Assembly: GCA_964631595.1 (NCBI GenBank)
Contig: CAZVXL010000004.1
Span: 12,435-76,434, forward strand
Origin: an uncultured Lachnospiraceae bacterium
GTDB lineage: Bacteria > Bacillota > Clostridia > Oscillospirales > CAG-272
Direction of reading: 5' to 3'
Length of the DNA: 64,000 nt
In this document: in pieces, positions 27,728 through 36,576 of the stretch
Layout: the number at the start of each line of letters is the position of its first letter
Numbering within the stretch: the first letter of the stretch is position 1
Made by a program: the position numbers and the translations under genes
Notes under the pieces: generated by a model
Databases searched by the model: none
The model's input: the letters and a program-made list of their open reading frames with translations, nothing else
What the model was told of the DNA's origin: nothing

Positions 27728-28312
27728 ATGCTTGTACATATAAAACACGGAATCTGTCGGGCGGTGTGCGTGATGCTTGCCGTCGGGATCACGGCGCTTG
27801 TGTCATGTGAGCAAGACGGTGAGGTCGGACTTCTCGGGTATCAGGATCGGCTTGAGAGAGTATCGGTCAAGTGGGAATACGGCGGCACCGAGTATGAGGG
27901 GAGCGTGATCCTCGAGGAGGGCGTTCCGCCCGATGCGGAGAGATACCGCAGGGCATACGTGAATATATCCTCTCCCGCAGAGCTTGACGGGGTGTCTGTG
28001 GAATATTCGCCCGATGCGGCAACGGTCAGCGTCGGAAAGGTGTCCTTTGCCATGCCCGAGAACGCGGCGAATACGCTGTACACGCTCGTGAGGTCGCTGT
28101 CGCTGTATAAGAGTGAGATAAAGGGTGCGGGGAGCGGCGGCGCAGTTACCGCCGTGAGCTTCGAGGCGGCTGTAGGCGGCGTGCCTGCCGAATACAATAT
28201 CGTGTACGGCGATGAAAAATATCCGCTCTCCGCGGAGGTCACGTGGGACGGTGAGATGAAAATGAAGATCGGCTACGGAGAGCTGATACTGCGTGAGGCG
28301 GACGGAGAATAG
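27728..28312 (+). CDS. Hypothetical lipoprotein
   Basis: Signal peptide with lipobox ALVSC. GGAGG RBS upstream of the ATG at 27728. Confidence 0.55.
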   Translation: MLVHIKHGICRAVCVMLAVGITALVSCEQDGEVGLLGYQDRLERVSVKWEYGGTEYEGSVILEEGVPPDAERYRRAYVNISSPAELDGVSVEYSPDAATVSVGKVSFAMPENAANTLYTLVRSLSLYKSEIKGAGSGGAVTAVSFEAAVGGVPAEYNIVYGDEKYPLSAEVTWDGEMKMKIGYGELILREADGE

Positions 28313-28353
28313 CATCGCTCGGAGCGGGTACGCCCGAAGACTTATCCGGATAC

Positions 28354-28384
28354 AAAAAAGGAGCTTCAAGAGAAGCTCCTTTTC
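28354..28384. terminator. Bidirectional terminator
   Basis: AAAAAAGGAGCTTC-AAGA-GAAGCTCCTTTT between convergent genes. Confidence 0.7.
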
Positions 28385-28429
28385 GGAATTTTGAATTATT
28401 CTGCGATAGGCTTGCGGACAAGCATCGGC

Positions 28430-29035
28430 TTATCTTGAAAGCTGCTCAACAACGGTTGCTTCCTTGTTGTAGTATGCCAGCTTTTCTACGATCTTGTTTA
28501 CAGCCTCAAAGATGATAACGGTCTTGGAGCCGTCCTTCTCGGAGAACATTGCAAAGTAGATGTCATCGATCTTCTTTGCGCTGGAGCGGAAGTCGATGGT
28601 GTTCTTGACATCTGCGGCGGCGTATTTGTCTGCGAAGGCCTCGGTGTAGGGAGCAAAGAGCTCAGCCTCCTTGATGGGACGCTCGTAAACTATATCTCTC
28701 TTGTCAGGATCCTTCTTCTTCTTGTCCTTGATGATCTCAAAGGAGATAACGGTGTGAGGGATCTGATCCATGGTTACGTTGGGGGTGAAGATCGAGTATT
28801 TTCTGTCGAAGTTGCAGATGGTGCGTGTAGCGTGATAGGAGATAAGGAATACGGGAACGGCAAGTCCCATGCCGGCAACGGCTGCCATTATTCCGGGAAT
28901 AAAGAGACTCATCACAACAAAAACACCGATTGTAAGAACCGCAATAAGAAGGTATATGAGGATCTGACCGATAAGGTACTTGCCCTCTTTCTTTTGCGTT
29001 ACAACATAGTCGATCGCATTGTTACCAGAATTCAT
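28430..29035 (-). CDS. Hypothetical membrane protein (2 TM)
   Basis: 201-aa ORF with two adjacent hydrophobic helices near the N-terminus and a Lys-rich soluble C-domain. I recognise no family. Confidence 0.5.
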   Translation of the reverse strand: MNSGNNAIDYVVTQKKEGKYLIGQILIYLLIAVLTIGVFVVMSLFIPGIMAAVAGMGLAVPVFLISYHATRTICNFDRKYSIFTPNVTMDQIPHTVISFEIIKDKKKKDPDKRDIVYERPIKEAELFAPYTEAFADKYAAADVKNTIDFRSSAKKIDDIYFAMFSEKDGSKTVIIFEAVNKIVEKLAYYNKEATVVEQLSR

Positions 29036-29155
29036 AAAAAGCTCCTTTATGTAAAATACATAGAATTAATATCCTCATAAGTATACCACAGTATGCGCCC
29101 GATTTCAAGTGGATTTTTCATTTTATCGCTTAAAAGTCCGCGAGCGCGGGCAGAC

Positions 29156-29184
29156 TTGACACGGAGGGCGTTTTGAGGTATACT
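29156..29184 (+). promoter_or_regulatory. Sigma-A promoter
   Basis: TTGACA, 17-nt spacer, TATACT. Confidence 0.55.
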
Positions 29185-29255
29185 AATGTAGACAAATACA
29201 GCTCGGGTGCGAGTGCGACCTTTGCTGTTATCATCCAAACGAAAGAGATGCTTAT

Positions 29256-30383
29256 ATGAAAAGATCAATTATTCGTATGACTGCGGCGGTCTGCATTGCG
29301 GCACTTGCCGTCTCGTCCCTCGGTGCGTGCAGTCTCGGAAAAATGAAGGAGTTTGACGGAGACCTTCGCGAGAGATATGACTACAACCTGAAGGAGTATT
29401 TGAAGGAGGGAAAGTACAAAGGCTGTGAGGTCTGTGTCGGAAGCGACGAGATGTCGAAGCGAGAGCTTAGCGCGGCGATCATGGAGTACAGAGTCCTTTA
29501 CACCGCCACTCAGACGAGGTGGACAAGTGTCGGAGAGGGTGTGCCCGCCGAGGAGGGCAATATTGCCGACGTTGTATTTCAGGGATACCTTGACGGAGAG
29601 CCTCTCTCCGATCTTGTGAACGTCAAGGATGAGGGCTACTCCATGTCTATCGGCTCCGATAAGCTGATAGAGGGAGTCGATGAGGAACTGATCGGCATGA
29701 AGATCGGTGACAAGAAGACCTTCGAGCTGACTGTGCCGGATCCCTGCTTTGACTACCCGTATTATGCGGGTAAGACCATTACGATGGATGTTGAAATAAA
29801 GGATATCCGAAGCGCCGAGCTTGAGGAGTACGACCATGAGATGGCGGAATACTTCGGAACGGACAGCACGGACAGCTTCGAGGCTCAGCTCATAAGCGAG
29901 TGGAAGCGCCATCGCTCCGAGGATCTTGAGGGATACGTAAAGAAGAAGGCTGTCGAGCAGATACTCGGATCCTTTGAGGTGAAGAAATATCCGGAGGCGG
30001 AGCTCGATGAGGTGATCAAGTCTCTCACGGAAGCCGACAAGGCTGCCGCAGAGCAGGCGGATATGGAGCTTGATGAGTACATAAAGACGGAGCTGGGCTT
30101 GTCGAAGGAGGAGTACGATTCCGAGCTTGAGGAATACGCAAAGCAGCTCGTGTTCGAGGAAATGGTGATGTACTACATTGCCAGAAAAGAACAGCTTGCG
30201 CTGACAAATGCGGAATTTGACGAAAAGGCAACGGAGCTTGCACAGGAAAACGATATGAACACTCCGGCGGAGTACGTAAGCTACATGGCATCGTACGGCT
30301 ATTCGGAATACAATGTCCGAGAGCAGATATGGTACGACATGGTAATGGATTTCGTATACGAGAACGCCGTACAGAAAAACTGA
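29256..30383 (+). CDS. Lipoprotein with an FKBP-type PPIase / trigger-factor-like architecture
   Basis: Lipobox SLGAC. FKBP-like core (VVFQGYLDGEPL...IEGVDEELIGMKIGDKKTFELTVP). Helical trigger-factor-C-like tail. Confidence 0.65.
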   Translation: MKRSIIRMTAAVCIAALAVSSLGACSLGKMKEFDGDLRERYDYNLKEYLKEGKYKGCEVCVGSDEMSKRELSAAIMEYRVLYTATQTRWTSVGEGVPAEEGNIADVVFQGYLDGEPLSDLVNVKDEGYSMSIGSDKLIEGVDEELIGMKIGDKKTFELTVPDPCFDYPYYAGKTITMDVEIKDIRSAELEEYDHEMAEYFGTDSTDSFEAQLISEWKRHRSEDLEGYVKKKAVEQILGSFEVKKYPEAELDEVIKSLTEADKAAAEQADMELDEYIKTELGLSKEEYDSELEEYAKQLVFEEMVMYYIARKEQLALTNAEFDEKATELAQENDMNTPAEYVSYMASYGYSEYNVREQIWYDMVMDFVYENAVQKN

Positions 30384-30390
30384 GACAAAT

Positions 30391-30429
30391 AAAAACGGTA
30401 CGCAGGTCAAAGACCTGCGTACCGTTTTT
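30391..30429. terminator. Bidirectional terminator
   Basis: AAAAACGGTACGCAGGTC-AAA-GACCTGCGTACCGTTTTT. Confidence 0.8.
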
Positions 30430-30449
30430 GTACGTGCGGTAGGTGGGAC

Positions 30450-31619
30450 TCAGTTGAAATCGGGCTCAATGATGAGCACGGCGGTGTCATGCTTTGCCAC
30501 CTTGAGGGAGTACTCACCGTTCTTGATATGCGCGACCGTGTTTCCTGTCCAAGCATCGGTGAGCTTGACGGGCAAGCCCGCAGACAGACCGATCTCATCG
30601 AGGGTAAAGCCGAGCTCACAGCTGTCGGCACTGCGGTTTACGAGAGCTACTGCCCACTTGAAATCGTTCATGGGCTTGAACCACAGATCATGGTGCTGAT
30701 TGTCGTGATGGATACGGCGCGCGGGTATGCAGAGCGGATCCTGATCTATGGCGATCATTCCGCGCGATTTGAGTATCTCAAGACCGGCACTGCCCTCAAG
30801 CCTTCTGAGATCCGCACCGATAAGGAGCGGAGCGGAGAGCATACACCAGAGAGCCATTACGGAGCGGTATTCCTCGGTGGTACAGCCGGTTCCCATCCAC
30901 TCGTTTTGGTTGCTCATGCCGACGATGAGCATATCGGGATCGTTGTAGCCGCCGATATGACCGTATTTAGCCGCCTCAAAGACCACCATGTCGAGCATAT
31001 CGAGGATGCCGTTTCCGCTCTCGGGTCTTTCGCAGTATCTCCAGTTGTCGCGAATGTCCTTGCCGGTGCGCCAAAGCTGACCGACGGGCTGAGCCCATCT
31101 CCAAGGGCTTGAGGTTCCGTGCTCACAGAGATTGTAGATAATGTCGCGACCGCAATTTTTTACCGCAAGTCCCATTTTCGTGTAGTTGGCAACGATGTCC
31201 GTGCACGGATCGTCATACGAAGGGTGACGGTCGTATTTCAGATAGTCAAAGCCCCACTCGGCTATTGAGCGTGCGTCCTCAAATTCATGTCCGAGAGAGC
31301 CGGCATCGCCGTTCCACGTGGTTATTCCGGCACCGAGATAAATGCCCGCCTTCAGCCCCTTTGAGTGTATGTAATCTGTCATGTATTTCATGCCGTGAGG
31401 GAAGATATCGTCTCTGTACTGAAGTCTGCCGTCGGCATCGCGGTCGGGCTTCAGCCAGCCGTCATCGAGATTCACATAGGTGTATCCGACCTCGGCAAGA
31501 CCGAGGTCCACAAGAAGATCGGCTGAGGACAGCATGAGCTCCTCCGTGGGGGAGCAGTTACAGGTACAGTAGGAATTCCAACCCATGGGAGGGGTGGGAA
31601 GCTTGATTTTGTTGTTCAT
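30450..31619 (-). CDS. GH27-family alpha-galactosidase
   Basis: PTPPMGWNSY...GYTYVNLDDGW and the following DDGW/KLGIY-type motifs. The ATG at 31619 has an AAAGGA RBS; the track start at 31766 adds a 49-aa hydrophobic artefact. Confidence 0.8.
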   Translation of the reverse strand: MNNKIKLPTPPMGWNSYCTCNCSPTEELMLSSADLLVDLGLAEVGYTYVNLDDGWLKPDRDADGRLQYRDDIFPHGMKYMTDYIHSKGLKAGIYLGAGITTWNGDAGSLGHEFEDARSIAEWGFDYLKYDRHPSYDDPCTDIVANYTKMGLAVKNCGRDIIYNLCEHGTSSPWRWAQPVGQLWRTGKDIRDNWRYCERPESGNGILDMLDMVVFEAAKYGHIGGYNDPDMLIVGMSNQNEWMGTGCTTEEYRSVMALWCMLSAPLLIGADLRRLEGSAGLEILKSRGMIAIDQDPLCIPARRIHHDNQHHDLWFKPMNDFKWAVALVNRSADSCELGFTLDEIGLSAGLPVKLTDAWTGNTVAHIKNGEYSLKVAKHDTAVLIIEPDFN

Positions 31620-31762
31620 AAGAATAATCCTTTCCGAAAAGATCCTTGATACTATGATACCATACACGGCACCAAAAAGCAATAACGGCGCGTGAAATAA
31701 AAGAAAATACGGGATATCGAAATTCCGATATCCCGCATGATTTTCGCGATCCTTTGGAAAGA

Positions 31763-31936
31763 TCACTGCTTTGCGCTTTTGTGACTGTCATTACAGCAAC
31801 AGCACGAGCTCTTGGAGCATGAGCCGCCGTCGGGACAGCCTATACACTTTTTTCCGCTTTTCTTGGACTTGTAGATGTAGAAGCCCGCAAAGCCCACAAG
31901 TATGCAGATCACTGCAATTACAATAACGTTTCCCAT
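31763..31936 (-). CDS. FeoB-associated Cys-rich membrane micro-protein
   Basis: Absent from the ORF track (57 aa). Hand translation gives MGNVIVIAVICILVGFAGFYIYKSKKSGKKCIGCPDGGSCSKSSCCCCNDSHKSAKQ. It starts 41 nt downstream of the feoB stop. Confidence 0.7.
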   Translation of the reverse strand: MGNVIVIAVICILVGFAGFYIYKSKKSGKKCIGCPDGGSCSKSSCCCCNDSHKSAKQ

Positions 31937-31976
31937 ATCATACCGTCCTGTGTAATTTTTGGGTACCGGGAGCCGA

Positions 31977-34007
31977 TCATTTCGCGAGCGTGTACTCCGA
32001 GCTCAGCTTTTTGTCGGCGCGTACACATAAGTATACCACAAATGCCACCATGATTGCAACCGCTATCAGTCCGCCGACAAATCCCGCACCGAGCTTGCCT
32101 GTGGTGATGAGAGTTCCGATCTGATATACAAGGAAGCCTACCGTGTAGCCTACGCCGAGCTGGAGACCGATACCGCCCCACAGCCATTTCTTGTTCTTTA
32201 TCTCGGAATTCATTGCACCGAGAGCGGCGAAGCAGGGAGGAGTAAAGAGGTTGAACATCAAGTATGCAAGAGCGGCGACCTTAGTAATGCCGAGTATTGC
32301 GGCGACCTCCGCGCCTGCGCCCTCAACCATTTCAAGAGCATCTGTATCAATGAGGCTTGAAATACCGTAGCATACCGCAAGTGTGCCGACTACGTTCTCC
32401 TTGGCGATAAAGCCGGTGACTGCGGCTGCGGCAAGCTGCCAAGCGGCAACACCGATGATGGGAACGAGGATCACCGCGATAGGACCTGCAATGCTTGCAA
32501 GAATAGAGGTGTTCTCGGCCCCCTCCTCAACAAGACGGAAGCTCCAGTCGAAGGACTGCATGATATATACTGCGGCGTTGCAGAGCAGGATTATGGTACC
32601 TGCCTTGACGATGTATGCCCATCCGCGGCTGAGCATATCCATGCAGGCACGCTTCAGCGAGGGGAGCTTGTATTCGGGAAGCTCCATGATGAAGAAGGAT
32701 TTGCGATTCTTGTAGCCTGCGATCTTGTTTACGAGCAGGGCTCCGAGCAGGATAAGCGCGATGCCCACGAAGTACATGAGCGTACCGACCCACGATGCCT
32801 CATTGAAGAATGCACCGGCAAACAGAGCAATAACGGGAAGCTTTGCGCCGCAGGGCATGAAAGGTGTGAGCATTGCGGTCGCATTGCGCTCACGCTCGTT
32901 GCGGATAGTACGGGCTGCCATGACACCGGGAATAGCACAGCCTGTACCGATGACAAAGGGAATGACCGATTTGCCGGAGAGACCGACCTTCTTGAAGATC
33001 GGGTCGAGAACGACCGTGGCACGTGCCATGTAACCGCAATCCTCAAGCAGGGCGATGAGGAAGTACATGACCATGACGAGCGGCAGGAAGCCGACAACGG
33101 CGCTTACACCGCCGATTATGCCCTCGGTGAGCAATGCAGTCAGGAAGGAATTCGTACCCGATGACTCCAGCAGACCTGTGATGAAGTCCTTGAACATATC
33201 AATGAGCGTGACCAGACCGGGGATAGTGAAGCTCTCGCCCTCGTAGCCCTCCGCGATGAACGGGCCTACCCAAGCCTGAGATATCTGGAATACGAGGAAC
33301 ATTACCACCGCGAATATCGGCAGTCCCGCGATCGGATGGGTGATGATCTCGTCGATTTTGTCTTGGAAGTTCTTGTTCTTGGTGAATACCTTACGTGTTT
33401 CGACCTCGGAAACTATGCCGTTTACAAATTCAAATCTCTTTCGGTCTGACGCCTCAACTGCCTTCTTGTCGGTCAGATCCACGTTCCCCTCATTGTATGG
33501 TGCACGCTGAACTGCTCCCGCATGGGCGGTCGCGGCGCTTATTACCTCAAGCAGACCGTCGTGTGTGGTGGAGGTGGTGTTCACCACGGGACAGCACAGC
33601 TTCTCGGACAGCAGAGCGGTGTCGATCTTTGTCTGCTTTTTCTTGTTGATATCCGTCTTGTTCAGCGCGACGACAACGGGAATACCGAGCTCCAGAAGCT
33701 GGGTGGTGAAGAAAAGGCTTCTGCTCAGATTCGTGGCGTCCACGATGTTTACGATAACATCGGGCTGCTCGTTGCGGACATACGAGCTTGTGATGCTCTC
33801 CTCCGAGGTGAAGGGAGACATCGAGTATGCGCCGGGAAGATCGACGGCGGTGAGGCGCTCGTCACCGGCATAGGCCTTTTTTATAAGAGCCTCCTTCTTG
33901 TCGATGGTAACGCCCGCCCAGTTTCCGACCTTTTCGTTTCGTCCGGTCAAAGCATTATACATAGTGGTCTTGCCGGAGTTCGGATTGCCTGCGAAAGCAA
34001 TTCTCAT
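31977..34007 (-). CDS. feoB: Ferrous iron transporter FeoB
   Basis: G-domain GNPNSGKTT and DLPG, followed by a polytopic membrane domain. AAGGAGG RBS before the ATG at 34007. Confidence 0.95.
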   Translation of the reverse strand: MRIAFAGNPNSGKTTMYNALTGRNEKVGNWAGVTIDKKEALIKKAYAGDERLTAVDLPGAYSMSPFTSEESITSSYVRNEQPDVIVNIVDATNLSRSLFFTTQLLELGIPVVVALNKTDINKKKQTKIDTALLSEKLCCPVVNTTSTTHDGLLEVISAATAHAGAVQRAPYNEGNVDLTDKKAVEASDRKRFEFVNGIVSEVETRKVFTKNKNFQDKIDEIITHPIAGLPIFAVVMFLVFQISQAWVGPFIAEGYEGESFTIPGLVTLIDMFKDFITGLLESSGTNSFLTALLTEGIIGGVSAVVGFLPLVMVMYFLIALLEDCGYMARATVVLDPIFKKVGLSGKSVIPFVIGTGCAIPGVMAARTIRNERERNATAMLTPFMPCGAKLPVIALFAGAFFNEASWVGTLMYFVGIALILLGALLVNKIAGYKNRKSFFIMELPEYKLPSLKRACMDMLSRGWAYIVKAGTIILLCNAAVYIMQSFDWSFRLVEEGAENTSILASIAGPIAVILVPIIGVAAWQLAAAAVTGFIAKENVVGTLAVCYGISSLIDTDALEMVEGAGAEVAAILGITKVAALAYLMFNLFTPPCFAALGAMNSEIKNKKWLWGGIGLQLGVGYTVGFLVYQIGTLITTGKLGAGFVGGLIAVAIMVAFVVYLCVRADKKLSSEYTLAK

Positions 34008-34102
34008 TTTTTTATCCTCCTTGAAATGCATTGCTGTATTGTAAAAGGTTAGCTACGGCCAACTCCTTTCCGTAATTAAACGGCTCACAGGGGAGGGGGC
34101 GA

Positions 34103-34318
34103 TCACTCGACAGAAATCGCCTCGGTCAACCGATCGTCGATGCTGTAGCGACCGTCCTTGACGGAAACGGTGCAACTGCCTCTGCGACGGGACACCACCG
34201 TTATGGGCTCACCGCTGTAACAGCCGAGAGTGAACAGGAAGCTGTTGAGCTCCTCGTCATCTGTATTGATGCTTTTGATAATGTATTCTTTTCCTAACGT
34301 AGTCTTGTTTAAGTTCAT
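34103..34318 (-). CDS. feoA: FeoA-family protein
   Basis: 71-aa SH3-like FeoA, located upstream of feoB. Confidence 0.85.
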   Translation of the reverse strand: MNLNKTTLGKEYIIKSINTDDEELNSFLFTLGCYSGEPITVVSRRRGSCTVSVKDGRYSIDDRLTEAISVE

Positions 34319-34338
34319 AGTATAACCTCTTTTCGATA

Positions 34339-34394
34339 CAGGGTAGTCTTAACTAACCCTGTGGCATCAAAATAAGTTAGACTCATCTAACCTT
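34339..34394 (-). promoter_or_regulatory. Two GGTTAG-N6-CTAAC-type inverted repeats (putative metalloregulator operators)
   Basis: On the minus strand: AAGGTTAGATGAGTCTAACTT (34374-34394, abutting the -10) and CAGGGTTAGTTAAGACTACCCTG (34339-34361). Confidence 0.45.
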
Positions 34395-34398
34395 CTAT

Positions 34399-34427
34399 AT
34401 AATACACCCATTTACGATCTTTGTCAA
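34399..34427 (-). promoter_or_regulatory. Sigma-A promoter of feoAB
   Basis: On the minus strand: TTGACA (34422-34427), 17-nt spacer, TATTAT (34399-34404). Confidence 0.6.
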
Positions 34428-34598
34428 GGAAAAATCAGCCATAAAATCAGATTCGGCGTTTTTGTCACCGAAGTTAGCCGGTACTAACACCGATTTGTGC
34501 AAGATAACCGATGAGGCATCTCGGACGTGGAACGGAGCGCCGATGCACGGGCAAAAAAACATGGCACAGCGAGCTGCTGTGCCATGAAATGCTCGGAA

Positions 34599-36341
34599 TT
34601 ACCACCAAAGTGCATATCCGTGGAAGTCGGGAACCTTGGTGAAGTCCACGTGATTGAATTCGCGGTTCTCATGAACGCCGTATTCACGCATAAGAACGAA
34701 CTGCTGGCGGTTGTTCTCTACGATGTAACGCTCGATCATGTCCTTCATCTCCTCGTTGGGAGCCTTGGTGAGCATACTCTTCAAAATGAAGTTGTTGAAG
34801 TTGTAGAGGCAGATGCGGCTGCGACGGATATTGCTGTAGGCAAACTTGTTGTCGGCAGTCCAAGCCGCTGCTTCCGCATTGTCAAAGAGCTCACAGGCTC
34901 TGTCGTAGAATGCGAAGGAGCCGGAGAGGTGATCCTTGTAGCCGGGGATAGCGAGGAACTTTGAGGAATTGTCAAAGTAGATCGTCATGTACTCGTCATT
35001 GGCGCAGGACTGCATGAAGTTGATGTACTCAAGGATATACTTGCCGCCCTCACCGTAGTAGCCGTTGCAGAAGTCTGCCATGTGGCCTTGGAATTCGTTC
35101 TCGCTCATGTAGGGATTCCACTGAAGCTTTGCGAGGAGGTAAGCTCTGAGCTCACCGAACTCACCGTTCAGGTTGGAGATGTTACCCTGAGAGAACATAC
35201 CGACGACACCGTTCTCTGCGAAGAAGCGCATATTGGGTCTGATCGCGGCAAAGTTGGGGAACAGAGTGGTCATGTTCGCGAAGTTAGTGGTGTAGTCCCA
35301 GATGTACAGACGGTTGGAGATCTCGTTCCACTTCTTGATGTTTTCAACGAAGGAGCCGAATTCCTCGGTGCCCTCGTTGCAGGACTGCTCAAGGGGCTGG
35401 AGGAAGGAGCACTCGATGTTGCAGAGACGGACGATAAGATCCTTATGGGGCTTTGTGACAACGGGGGGCTTTCTCGTGTAACGATATGCGAGAGTGTCAA
35501 CGACAACGTCGGGGAACTCTGCCTTGATATCCTCTTGGATGCGGTTTACAAAGCGGAGCAGAGTACCCATGTGGCTCTTTTCTTCCTCGTATACCTTGCG
35601 GCACTTTTCGCAGGAGCACTCACCGTTGAGTCCGTCTACCTGAGATACGGAGATGATCTTCTTGTCGGGATTTGCGCGGAGATTCTCCTTTACGTTCTTC
35701 AGAGTAGTCTGATAGATGTTCTCGTCACAGAGACAGGGCATATTCCAGTGATCGAAGGTCTCGGCAAGAACGGGAATGGTGTGGCAGAAATCGCCGTTGT
35801 AATGGATCGCGCCGCCGACCTTGTCGGATATCTCATGACCCATGCCGCCGTTGTTCTTGAGCTTTGCACAGATCATCTCGTTTTTCATGGAATACCAGTA
35901 TACGTTACGGTATTCGAAAGCGGGAACCTCGGTGTGGTCGATGGTGGAGTCGATTATAAAATCGCGCTTTGCGACGGGTACGATCTCACAGTCATCGGTG
36001 AAGAAGCGACAGCCGCAGAACTTCTCAAGGAAGGTGTATACGCCGTAAAGAGCGCCGCGAACCTCGGAGCCGAGAATGAGCAGACGCTTGTTGTCCGCCT
36101 TGATGTTGAAGCCCTCGTCACCGAGCTTCTTCTGGGGCTTGCAGCCGGGGCGATTTGCGTATCCGATTACGATCTCAAGATCTGCCTTGGGGGTATCGTC
36201 TGTTACGATGGGATACTCTGCGCCGGTGATCTGCTTCAGATATTTTGCAAGCTCATTGGCGGCAGTCTCCTCGGACTGCGAGTGATCCTTGCGGTAAACT
36301 ATTACGTATTCCGTTTGTTTGTTGTCAGCTAAGTAGAGCAT
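34599..36341 (-). CDS. DUF4838-like putative glycoside hydrolase
   Basis: 580 aa. The N-terminal beta-alpha module (EYVIVY...AANELAKYLKQITG) is typical of that family. The assignment is by recollection only. Confidence 0.55.
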   Translation of the reverse strand: MLYLADNKQTEYVIVYRKDHSQSEETAANELAKYLKQITGAEYPIVTDDTPKADLEIVIGYANRPGCKPQKKLGDEGFNIKADNKRLLILGSEVRGALYGVYTFLEKFCGCRFFTDDCEIVPVAKRDFIIDSTIDHTEVPAFEYRNVYWYSMKNEMICAKLKNNGGMGHEISDKVGGAIHYNGDFCHTIPVLAETFDHWNMPCLCDENIYQTTLKNVKENLRANPDKKIISVSQVDGLNGECSCEKCRKVYEEEKSHMGTLLRFVNRIQEDIKAEFPDVVVDTLAYRYTRKPPVVTKPHKDLIVRLCNIECSFLQPLEQSCNEGTEEFGSFVENIKKWNEISNRLYIWDYTTNFANMTTLFPNFAAIRPNMRFFAENGVVGMFSQGNISNLNGEFGELRAYLLAKLQWNPYMSENEFQGHMADFCNGYYGEGGKYILEYINFMQSCANDEYMTIYFDNSSKFLAIPGYKDHLSGSFAFYDRACELFDNAEAAAWTADNKFAYSNIRRSRICLYNFNNFILKSMLTKAPNEEMKDMIERYIVENNRQQFVLMREYGVHENREFNHVDFTKVPDFHGYALWW

Positions 36342-36525
36342 TGGATTTCCTCCGTGTGATCGTCGAATAAGACCGACGTGTTATATTAAGTTTACAATAA
36401 ACGGGTATGGTTGTCAATGCTTTTTGAGGAAAATCGGAAATAATTCGGCGTTTTGCGGCGGATACGGAGCATTACGGACTATCGGAGAGGCTTTTGTGCG
36501 TGAGCCGCTCTGTCACTGCGGTAAG

Positions 36526-36559
36526 ACAAAAAATCAGCCGCACGGTTGTACGGCTGATC
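36526..36559 (-). terminator. Intrinsic terminator of putP
   Basis: On the minus strand: GGATCAGCCG-TACAACCGTG-CGGCTGAT followed by TTTTTT. Confidence 0.7.
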
Positions 36560-36576
36560 CTTATGTTAAGATGAGG

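Noticed and set aside
35082-36332. 416-aa ORF antisense to the DUF4838-like gene
   Set aside because: It has no start context or motifs and a Val/Leu/Gly-rich composition typical of antisense frames. The minus-strand ORF has a full-length, family-like N-terminus.
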